Below are positions 1 through 7,566 of a stretch of DNA of 64,000 nucleotides, one piece after another. This DNA comes from an uncultured Acidobacteriaceae bacterium (GTDB lineage Bacteria; Acidobacteriota; Terriglobia; Terriglobales; Acidobacteriaceae): positions 659,393 through 723,392 of the forward strand of contig CAVWVA010000002.1 in NCBI GenBank assembly GCA_963758385.1, given 5' to 3'. The position numbers and the translations under genes are program-made. Each line of letters opens with the position of its first letter. Positions within the stretch are counted from its first letter, which is position 1. A model generated the notes under the pieces. The model was not told the origin of the DNA and did no database searches. It saw only the letters and a list, made by a program, of their open reading frames with translations.

Positions 1-530
1 AGAACGGACGCGGCGCCCAACCGGGAAAACTTGCTCCGAGCCTGTTCGAGCAGAAATCTGCTCATGAAGACCAGTCTATCCACGCGAACCCGCCGCATCA
101 GCCGCTCGGGTCCGTCCACCAGGTGAGAGTTGTAGAGATAGAGCGCAATGCGGCCGCCCGCGTGATGAATAGGGCCGGTAAGGGCTAGGGCAAACTCCGG
201 CCGATTGTGAATCCACACTATGTCGCCGGGTCGCACTCGTTTGAGCAGCGCGTGGAAGATACTGCGTATCACCCGGCAGTGAAAAAACCACGGCAAATGT
301 GCAAGGTATCTTCGCCAACGCTTATAAAGTGCGAGCCCGCGCAGCACACTGATGGATTGGGCGGCAAGTTGCCAACTCTCATCCGCGGAGGGGCAGACCA
401 CCACGCAGTGGGATGTATTCCGGGTCACATTGCCGACCCAACGTGAGATTGCGCCGCCATGGAATTCCGAGAACGGTTCCGCTTCGGTAAGAACATGATA
501 AGTAGTGCTGGGCACGTTAACACCTGTCAC
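1..530 (-). CDS. glycosyltransferase family 4 (GT-B, group 1), N-terminal part; the 3' end lies beyond the left window edge
   Basis: My own translation of the minus strand from GTG at 530 stays open to position 1. It reads VTGVNVPSTTYHVLTEAEPFSEFHGGAISRWVGNV...RPGDIVWIHNRPEFALAL...VDRLVFMSRFLLEQARSKF, which is typical of the N-terminal half of GT4 enzymes. It is absent from the ORF track because no stop lies inside the window. Confidence 0.6.
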   Translation of the reverse strand, partial: MTGVNVPSTTYHVLTEAEPFSEFHGGAISRWVGNVTRNTSHCVVVCPSADESWQLAAQSISVLRGLALYKRWRRYLAHLPWFFHCRVIRSIFHALLKRVRPGDIVWIHNRPEFALALTGPIHHAGGRIALYLYNSHLVDGPERLMRRVRVDRLVFMSRFLLEQARSKFSRLGAASV

Positions 531-916
531 TGTTGGCTTTCGGTTGTTTCGCCACGCGGATGGGAGAACGAGCAAAAAGCAATGGCAGCAGTCACAGTAG
601 TTACTGTTTCTCATTAAGTATTGTAAGCGCGCCGGTCGCGGGGATTGGATGGGTTGTGCCTACAGTGATGACAATGATTCAAAATGGCACATGTAAGTTC
701 CAAATCAGACCTGTGTCCCTTGTCATAACCTCCCTTAGTCAAAACCGCGGTTGCTTTACACCAGGCGTTCTGTCACCGTTTGGCTAGCTCATAGAACGAA
801 AGTAATAACGCGCTCGCGTGATCGATGCCTGGAATCATTTCCTGCACTGGCTTCCAAGACCACTTATGTAGTTATGGAACGAGCGACCTCTGCAAGTTAA
901 CGAGGAGAATCCTTGA

Positions 917-1780
917 ATGAAAGCACTCAAGCCAATCTTGGGTAGCACCGAAACGGTTAAGTTTCTCGGGTTGACTATGCAACCCCGGTCGCTACAGGAA
1001 TTGAATAACCTGGTTGAGCAGGGGATTCGCGAGCGCCGCAGGTGGATCATTGCGAACCACAATCTGCACAGCGTGTACCTTTGTCATCGTCATGCGCAGC
1101 TGCGCGAATTTTATTCGCGTGTGCGCTGCACCCACATCGACGGCATGCCCCTGGTGGCGATTGCCCGCCTTTACGGTTACCCGCTGCAGCGCCACCACCG
1201 CGTGACCCTGGCCGACTGGGCCTATCCGCTGATGGAGCTGGCGGCCAATAAAGGTTGGCGCGTCTTCTACCTGGGTTCGTCCAAGGGTTGCACAGAGAAG
1301 GGCGCGGCCCACTTACGCAAACTCTACCCTGCCTTGCAAATAGAAGTGAGTGAAGGGTACTTCGATGCGCGCTATGGCAGTTCTGAAAACGAGGCGCTGG
1401 TGGAGCGAATCAACGCTTACCGGCCAGATCTGTTAATGGTGGGGATGGGCATGCCGAGGCAGGAGTTGTGGACTCAGGAAAATTCCGCTCGGCTGAAGGC
1501 GCATGTCATCCTTTCATCGACTGGAGCGGCCTTCGACTATATTGCGGGTGTAGTGCCGACGCCTCCACGCTGGTCGGGCCCTTTGGGGCTGGAATGGTTC
1601 TTCCGGCTGGCGCACGATCCGGGGCGCCTTTTCACGCGGTATTTTCTTGAGCCCTGGTACATCCTGGGGCTGCTCATGCTGGACTATCCCCGGCGCCGTG
1701 ATGGCCGGAAGCTAAGGGCAAGCGCACTCGATCCAGCTGAGAATCGCGCGCTCCATGAAGCAAACGTGACTTCTCGCTGA
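917..1780 (+). CDS. WecB/TagA/CpsF family glycosyltransferase (GT26)
   Basis: 287-aa ORF with the family-typical stretches IANHNLHSVYL, IDGMPLV, RVFYLGS, RPDLLMVGMGMPRQELW and LEWFFRL. GAGGAG lies about 9 nt upstream of the ATG. Confidence 0.85.
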   Translation: MKALKPILGSTETVKFLGLTMQPRSLQELNNLVEQGIRERRRWIIANHNLHSVYLCHRHAQLREFYSRVRCTHIDGMPLVAIARLYGYPLQRHHRVTLADWAYPLMELAANKGWRVFYLGSSKGCTEKGAAHLRKLYPALQIEVSEGYFDARYGSSENEALVERINAYRPDLLMVGMGMPRQELWTQENSARLKAHVILSSTGAAFDYIAGVVPTPPRWSGPLGLEWFFRLAHDPGRLFTRYFLEPWYILGLLMLDYPRRRDGRKLRASALDPAENRALHEANVTSR

Positions 1781-1925
1781 AGCCAATCATCCCAATACCG
1801 GCAGCAACGAACACACGCCGTAACGCAACGCGAAGCTCGTAGTAAGCCAGGAGTAGCGGCACGGCGAGCGACGGAAGTAAGGTGACGCTATCAATCGAAG
1901 AAACTTCATTCAGCAGTTAGGTGCG

Positions 1926-2984
1926 ATGGGCGTGGCCAACTGGGCCGCGGCCGCGGCGCAGGCTGCAGCGGTTCCCCTGCAGCGATTGGCCTGGGAAAAG
2001 GGATTGCTGTTCGGCTCTTGCCTGGCGTTGAAGTATTTCGTTCAATCCGGGGCTTACCGGCAGTTGTTTATTTCGCAGTGTGACATAGCCACGCCGGAGC
2101 TACATATGAAGTGGAATTCCTTGAGCCAGCAACCTGAGGAATATGACTTTGGAAATGCTGATAAGTTTGTCGCATTCTGTGCCAGCAACCGTATCAAGGT
2201 TCGAGGGCATACGTTGGTTTGGCACGACTCGCTGCCTACGTGGGTACCTCCCTTGCTCACGGCAGGCAGCGGGCAAGGAATGATGGTCGACCATATCCGC
2301 AGCGTGGCCGGGCACTTCGCGGGGAAGTTATATTCCTGGGACGTGGTGAACGAAGTGCTCGATCCTGGCAGTAATCGACCGGATGGTCTGCGCGATAGTC
2401 CCTGGTTGCGGAGTGGCGGAGTTGATTACATAGAGCTAGCTTTCCGGACGACAGCCGCGGCCGATCCCAAGGCTCTTCTGGTGTGGAACGAGAACTATCT
2501 CGAGCTGTCCAATGGCTTTGGCCGGGCGAAGCGTACCGCGATGCTCAATCTGCTTGATCGAATGCTGGACCGTGGTGTGCCCATCCATGCCATCGGGCTT
2601 GAAGCTCATCTGCGGGCTGATCAGGTGGCCGTCCTGGGGGATGCCGCCTATGAGGTGTTCCTCAGCGAACTGGCAAGACGCGGCATGAAGATATTTATTA
2701 CCGAGCTGGACGTTCAGGACGCAACGCTGCCCGCGGAGGACGGCGCGCGCGATCGGGCTGTCGCGGAAATTTACAGCAAATTTCTGGGGTCAAGCGTACG
2801 CCAGCCCGCGGTTCGAGGGATTGTCACCTGGGGGCTTGCAGATTCCTTTAGCTGGATAGCCGGATACCGCCCGCGCAAGGATGGTTTGCCGGTGCGGCCG
2901 CTTCCGTTCGACGCGAATCTGCAGCCGAAAGCAGCCTATTATGCGATTGCCCAAACTTTTGAGTCAGCGTCGCGTCGCGGTTAG
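1926..2984 (+). CDS. glycoside hydrolase family 10 (endo-beta-1,4-xylanase fold); the true start is probably upstream (see findings)
   Basis: 352-aa ORF with GH10 hallmarks: RGHTLVWH, the acid/base region WDVVNEV and the nucleophile region ITELDV. A Tat-type RRNFIQQLG motif lies in frame just upstream of the first ATG. Confidence 0.85.
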   Translation: MGVANWAAAAAQAAAVPLQRLAWEKGLLFGSCLALKYFVQSGAYRQLFISQCDIATPELHMKWNSLSQQPEEYDFGNADKFVAFCASNRIKVRGHTLVWHDSLPTWVPPLLTAGSGQGMMVDHIRSVAGHFAGKLYSWDVVNEVLDPGSNRPDGLRDSPWLRSGGVDYIELAFRTTAAADPKALLVWNENYLELSNGFGRAKRTAMLNLLDRMLDRGVPIHAIGLEAHLRADQVAVLGDAAYEVFLSELARRGMKIFITELDVQDATLPAEDGARDRAVAEIYSKFLGSSVRQPAVRGIVTWGLADSFSWIAGYRPRKDGLPVRPLPFDANLQPKAAYYAIAQTFESASRRG

Positions 2985-3112
2985 ATAGCTTACAGTAGCG
3001 GTTACCGAAAACATGCGGCTCTGTCTCCGGTTCGGTAAACCACACCTCGCGATCTTTTTGGGACCACAACAGAGGCCACAACAACGGTGCAATTACTTCA
3101 AGGAGCTGAGTT

Positions 3113-4066
3113 ATGGTGATTGTCTCCGCGGTGATTCCCACTCGTGGGCGACCCGAACTCTTGCGTAGGGCGGTGCGAAGCGCCCTCGGCCAGACCCTGC
3201 GGGAGATCGAAGTGGTCGTCGTGGTCGATGGAGTGGATCCCGCTACGATGGTTGCCCTGGAAGCGTTGGCGAGGGAGGACGAACGTGTGCGCGTGGTTGC
3301 GCTGCCTTCCAGGGTGGGAGGATCCGACGCGCGCAATCGTGGCGTGGATGCGGCGGCGGGGGAATGGATCGCGTTTCTGGATGACGACGACGAATGGCTT
3401 CCGGGCAAGCTGCAGGCCCAGGTCGATGCGGCGAAACCATCTTTGCCGGTGTGGGTGGGCAGCTGCAAGTTGATCGCGCGCACGCCCGGAGGAGATTATG
3501 TCTGGCCCCGGCGTATGCCCGCGAGCGACGAACAGATCGGCGAATATCTGCTGGCGCGGCGCACGCTCACTCGGGGGGAGGGATACATCCAGACATCGAC
3601 CTTCTTTGTAAGTCGCGCGCTGATGCTGGAGCAGCCGTTCAAGAGCGGCCAGTTGAAGCACCAGGATACTGAATGGGTTCTGCGCCTGGGGCGCCTGCCC
3701 GGGGCCCAGGTGGTGTTCGTCGATGAAGTGCTGGCCATCCACAACATCGAAGAAGACCGCACGACCGTAAGCAACCAGGCCAACTGGCGCTACTCGCTCG
3801 ATTGGGTGCGGCGCGACCGGCACCTATTCACGCCGCGGGCGTTGTCCGGCTTCGTCCTGCACCAGATTGCTTCCGAGGCGTCGGATCAGGGCGAATGGCA
3901 GGCCTTTCCCCAGCTGCTGCTGGAGGCCCTGCGCCACGGCAAGAGCAACCCGCGCGATTACGCAATCTTTCTCACCATGTGGTTGCTGCCTCGCCGCCGC
4001 CGCCGTCGCTTGCGCGATTGGGTATCCCGCCGCCGGGGGCTCCGTTTGCTGGCGGAGTCTCTATGA
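3113..4066 (+). CDS. glycosyltransferase family 2
   Basis: 317 aa. The N-terminal GT-A signature is VSAVIPTRGRPELLRRAVRSALGQT, followed by VVVVDGVD and the DxD-type IAFLDDDDEW. Confidence 0.85.
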   Translation: MVIVSAVIPTRGRPELLRRAVRSALGQTLREIEVVVVVDGVDPATMVALEALAREDERVRVVALPSRVGGSDARNRGVDAAAGEWIAFLDDDDEWLPGKLQAQVDAAKPSLPVWVGSCKLIARTPGGDYVWPRRMPASDEQIGEYLLARRTLTRGEGYIQTSTFFVSRALMLEQPFKSGQLKHQDTEWVLRLGRLPGAQVVFVDEVLAIHNIEEDRTTVSNQANWRYSLDWVRRDRHLFTPRALSGFVLHQIASEASDQGEWQAFPQLLLEALRHGKSNPRDYAIFLTMWLLPRRRRRRLRDWVSRRRGLRLLAESL

Positions 4067-5199
4067 GAATCCTTCATCTCACCCGCCAGTTCCTGCCTTC
4101 CCAAGGCGGCATGGAGAGTGTCGTCGAAGGTCTGGGTGTCGCTTTGCAGCGTAACGGACACACCGTGCAAGTGGCGACCCTCCGCCTGGTTTTTTCTACC
4201 GGAGCGATGGCCCCGGCGACGTCGGTCGAAGCGGGACTGGAGGTGAAGCGCATGCGCCACTGGGGCCCGCGCCGCTATCCCGTGGCCCCAGCTGCACTGA
4301 AGGCAATCCGCGGCTACGATTTGGTGCACATTCATGCCATCGATTTCTTCGTGGATTACCTGAGCCTGCTGCGCTCGCTGCATCGCGTTCCGCTGGTGGT
4401 GAGCACCCACGGCGGCTTCTTCCATACCGAGTGGGCGCAAGGTTTCAAGCAGATGTACTTCAACACCGTTACCCGCAAGTCGCTGGGAGGAGTAGCGGCG
4501 GTGGTTTGCGTGAGCCAGCACGATCGCGAACGATTTGGAAGTATCGTGCCCCCGCAGCGCATCCGGGTTATCGAGAACGGAGCTGACATCGATCGCTTCT
4601 GGGACCTGAAGAAGCGAATAGAGCCGGGCCTGATTCTGGGCATCTCTCGACTGGCGGAGAACAAGAGGATACACAAAGTTCTGGAGGCGATGGCTTTGCT
4701 CAAGCATCGATTTCCCTGCATGCGGCTGGAGTGGGTGGGCGCGGATTATGCCGGGATGCGGCCCGCACTCGAGCGTCGGGTCATTGCCCTGGGCCTGGAG
4801 GGCCGGGTGCGCTTTCATGGCGCTGCAAGCCGCGAGGAGTTGTATCGCTTGCTGCAGCGGGCAAATTTGTTTGTCTCGGCTTCAGCGTACGAAGGCTTCG
4901 GGCTTTCCGCGATAGAAGCAATGAGCGCAGCCACGGTAGTCGTGGTCACCGCTGTGGGAGCGCATCCCGATGTAGTGCAGGACGGGGTAAACGGGTTCCT
5001 GATCGACCGGGAGGGGACCGGGCTCGCGGCCAGCATGGAGCACGTTCTGTCGTTGCCGCGGGAGAAACTGGAGTTGATAGGCAACGCGGCGCGCGCCGCC
5101 ACAAGGCGCTTTTCCTGGCAAGGCATTGCTCCCCAATATGAGCAACTCTACCGTGAGGTTCTCGACTGCGGCAGGAGATCCGGGGAGAACCTGTCATGA
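4063..5199 (+). CDS. glycosyltransferase family 4 (group 1)
   Basis: Start chosen at the ATG in the ATGA overlap with the stop of the GT2 gene (4063-4066). Reads MRILHLTRQFLPSQGGMESVV..., and the C-terminal region EGFGLSAIEAMSAATVVV is typical of GT4. The long upstream part of track ORF 3802..5199 is Arg/Pro-rich and overlaps the GT2 gene. Confidence 0.85.
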   Translation: MRILHLTRQFLPSQGGMESVVEGLGVALQRNGHTVQVATLRLVFSTGAMAPATSVEAGLEVKRMRHWGPRRYPVAPAALKAIRGYDLVHIHAIDFFVDYLSLLRSLHRVPLVVSTHGGFFHTEWAQGFKQMYFNTVTRKSLGGVAAVVCVSQHDRERFGSIVPPQRIRVIENGADIDRFWDLKKRIEPGLILGISRLAENKRIHKVLEAMALLKHRFPCMRLEWVGADYAGMRPALERRVIALGLEGRVRFHGAASREELYRLLQRANLFVSASAYEGFGLSAIEAMSAATVVVVTAVGAHPDVVQDGVNGFLIDREGTGLAASMEHVLSLPREKLELIGNAARAATRRFSWQGIAPQYEQLYREVLDCGRRSGENLS

Positions 5200-6329
5200 G
5201 CCAGGGAACCATCATTGTTTTTCGCATTCAGCTTTTGCCGCCGTCGGAGACGTTTATCGCGGCGCAGGCCGCCGCCATGCGGCGGTTCTCACCGTTTTTT
5301 GTGGGCTGGCGCAGGACCGCCGGGATCGACTTGCCGAGAGACAAGAGCTGGACCGTCGATGGCGGGGGCTTGCGAGGCAAACTACGGGAGCTGCGTTTCC
5401 GCTATGCGGGCCCCACTCGCGACCAGCTGGAGAAACTACGGGCGCGGGTTCCGCGGCTGGTCTATGCGCACTTCGCTCCCGACGGATACGCGGCGATGCA
5501 GCTTGCGCAACGGCTCGACGTGCCGCTGGTGACGGCGCTGCACGGCTACGACGTGACCATGGGCGACCGGGCCATCGCTCGAACCCGGCTGGGCCGTGAG
5601 TATTTGCAAGGCCGTGCGCGACTGCAGAAGAAAGGCGCGCTTTTTGTAAGCTGCTCGGCGTATGTCCGCAGGCGAGGACTCGAGGCCGGTTTTCCGGCAG
5701 ATCGCACCATCGTGCACAACATTGGAGTGGATGTCGACCGTTTCAAGCCACCCACCTTCCGCCTGCGGGAAAAGATTGTCTTGTTTGTGGGCCGCCTGGT
5801 GGAGAAGAAGGGTTGTGGCAGCCTGATCGAAGCTATGGCAGAGGTACAGCTTCAACTGCCGGGGGTCGAGTTGGTGGTCATCGGCGGCGGCCGCCTGCGA
5901 GGCGCTTGCGAGGCGCGCGCGTCTGCGCTGCGCGTGCGTTGCCGCTTCCTCGGCACCCAACCAGCTGCTGTAGTACAGGACTATATGTCACGCGCGTCGG
6001 TCTTTTGTGTACCCAGCCTGGTTGCGGCCTCGGGCGACGCCGAGGGTTTCGGCATGGTGTTTATTGAGGCCCAGGCCATGGGCTTGCCTGTCGTGAGCAC
6101 GCGCAGCGGGGGAATCACCGAGGCAGTCAAAGATCGGGAGACCGGGATGTTAGTGAATGAGCGCGACCCCCATGCACTGGCAGAGGCCATCCTCGCGCTG
6201 ATACAAGATGACGCGCTGTGGCAGCGGTACAGCATTGCCGGCAGAAGGCGCGTGGAAGATCACTTTAACCTGGCACATCAAACCGAGCGCCTCGAGAACG
6301 TTTTCGAGCAGCTGATCGAAGGCGGCTGA
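5196..6329 (+). CDS. glycosyltransferase family 4 (group 1)
   Basis: 377 aa with an ATGA overlap to the previous gene (5196-5199). The GT4 C-terminal motif is GDAEGFGMVFIEAQAMGLPVVSTRSGGITEAV. Confidence 0.85.
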   Translation: MSQGTIIVFRIQLLPPSETFIAAQAAAMRRFSPFFVGWRRTAGIDLPRDKSWTVDGGGLRGKLRELRFRYAGPTRDQLEKLRARVPRLVYAHFAPDGYAAMQLAQRLDVPLVTALHGYDVTMGDRAIARTRLGREYLQGRARLQKKGALFVSCSAYVRRRGLEAGFPADRTIVHNIGVDVDRFKPPTFRLREKIVLFVGRLVEKKGCGSLIEAMAEVQLQLPGVELVVIGGGRLRGACEARASALRVRCRFLGTQPAAVVQDYMSRASVFCVPSLVAASGDAEGFGMVFIEAQAMGLPVVSTRSGGITEAVKDRETGMLVNERDPHALAEAILALIQDDALWQRYSIAGRRRVEDHFNLAHQTERLENVFEQLIEGG

Positions 6330-6334
6330 AGCAG

Positions 6335-7486
6335 ATGGCGCAAATGTCTCCCCTATTGAGCGAGCTTCCGCTGCCCACGGCGCAGAAGCCGCGCCGTTTC
6401 TATCAACCGGAGCTGGACGGTTTGCGGTTCTATGCTTTCCTGGGTGTTTTTGCCTTTCACACGCTGCCCTCGCAGCCAGCGTTCTATCGGCAGTTGCATT
6501 TTCCCGCGCCCGCGCTGTGGGGGGCGGCCGCAAGCTCCGGTGCGGCAGGTGTGGATTTATTCTTCGCGCTAAGCGCTTTCCTCATCACTTCGCTGCTGAT
6601 GCGAGAACGGCAGCAGACGGGAGGAATCTCGCTGCGGCTGTTTTACATCCGGCGAATCCTCCGCATCTGGCCGCTCTACTTTGCCGTCGTCGGGCTGGGC
6701 ATCGTGCTGTCGCATACGATGACCAGCCAGAGCCTTCCCTGGTACTACATTGCCGGCTATGCGTTGTTCGCCGGCAACTGGGTGAGCGCCGCTTTTGGGC
6801 ATCCACAGTCGATATGCTCTCCGCTGTGGACGGTCTCGATCGAAGAACAGTTCTATCTGTTATGGCCGGCGCTCATGATGGTGCTCGAGCGCCGCGGCAT
6901 GATCGTCGCGGGGATACTTACTTTTCTTTTCGCCGGCGTGAGCCAGGCGGGCATCGTGTTTGCCGGCCTGAGCGGCGGTTACATCTACTACGGCAGCGCA
7001 TCGCGTTGTGACTCATTGGCGCTGGGCATCCTGCTGGCGCTGTTCACCGATCGCCTGCCCCGTCTTAGTCGCGGAATGCGTTTGCTGCTGGTGGGCGCTG
7101 GTGTGATTGGCTGGATGGTCTCGTCTGCGTGGCTGGTCGAACAGCCGGGCCCGATAAGCGGGCGTATGGTGCTGGGCCGCCTGATTATCTCGCTTGGCTC
7201 CGGCGCCATTCTCTACGGCTGCCTGCACAGCCACAGCACGCTGCTCAGGGGTAGTTGGGTGGTGAAGTTGGGCAAAGTAAGTTATGGACTCTACCTGCTG
7301 CACCTGGTGGGCCTTCTTATGCTGCAGAGTTTGTTCCAGCCGGTGTGGGGATGGCAGCTGCTGGCGACCAAGGTGCTGGCACTGCTTATGACCATGATTC
7401 TGGCGTTCGCTTCGTATCGTTGGATCGAATCGCCCTTTTTGCGGATGAAGGATCGTTTTGCTACTGTGCTTAGCCGGCCAGTCTGA
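6335..7486 (+). CDS. acyltransferase family 3 (OafA/WecH-like polysaccharide O-acyltransferase)
   Basis: 383 aa. The N-terminal motif ELDGLRFYAFLGVFAFH is followed by about 10 hydrophobic helices. The start is 5 nt after the preceding stop. Confidence 0.85.
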   Translation: MAQMSPLLSELPLPTAQKPRRFYQPELDGLRFYAFLGVFAFHTLPSQPAFYRQLHFPAPALWGAAASSGAAGVDLFFALSAFLITSLLMRERQQTGGISLRLFYIRRILRIWPLYFAVVGLGIVLSHTMTSQSLPWYYIAGYALFAGNWVSAAFGHPQSICSPLWTVSIEEQFYLLWPALMMVLERRGMIVAGILTFLFAGVSQAGIVFAGLSGGYIYYGSASRCDSLALGILLALFTDRLPRLSRGMRLLLVGAGVIGWMVSSAWLVEQPGPISGRMVLGRLIISLGSGAILYGCLHSHSTLLRGSWVVKLGKVSYGLYLLHLVGLLMLQSLFQPVWGWQLLATKVLALLMTMILAFASYRWIESPFLRMKDRFATVLSRPV

Positions 7487-7566
7487 TGATAGAGGAGAAG
7501 CCATTTTGTCGTACTTAGCTCCTGATTCTAACGGCCACATTTTTTGCGCCACGTAACTGGAGATCC

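Noticed and set aside
533-787. 84-aa ORF in the EPS divergent intergenic region.
   Set aside because: It has no RBS, no motif and atypical composition. It is more likely non-coding regulatory DNA.
3802-4062. The 87-codon N-terminal extension of track ORF 3802..5199.
   Set aside because: It overlaps the 3' end of the GT2 gene and is Pro/Arg/Ala-rich. The conserved GT4 N-terminus (MRILHLTRQF..) begins at ATG 4063, in an ATGA stop/start overlap.
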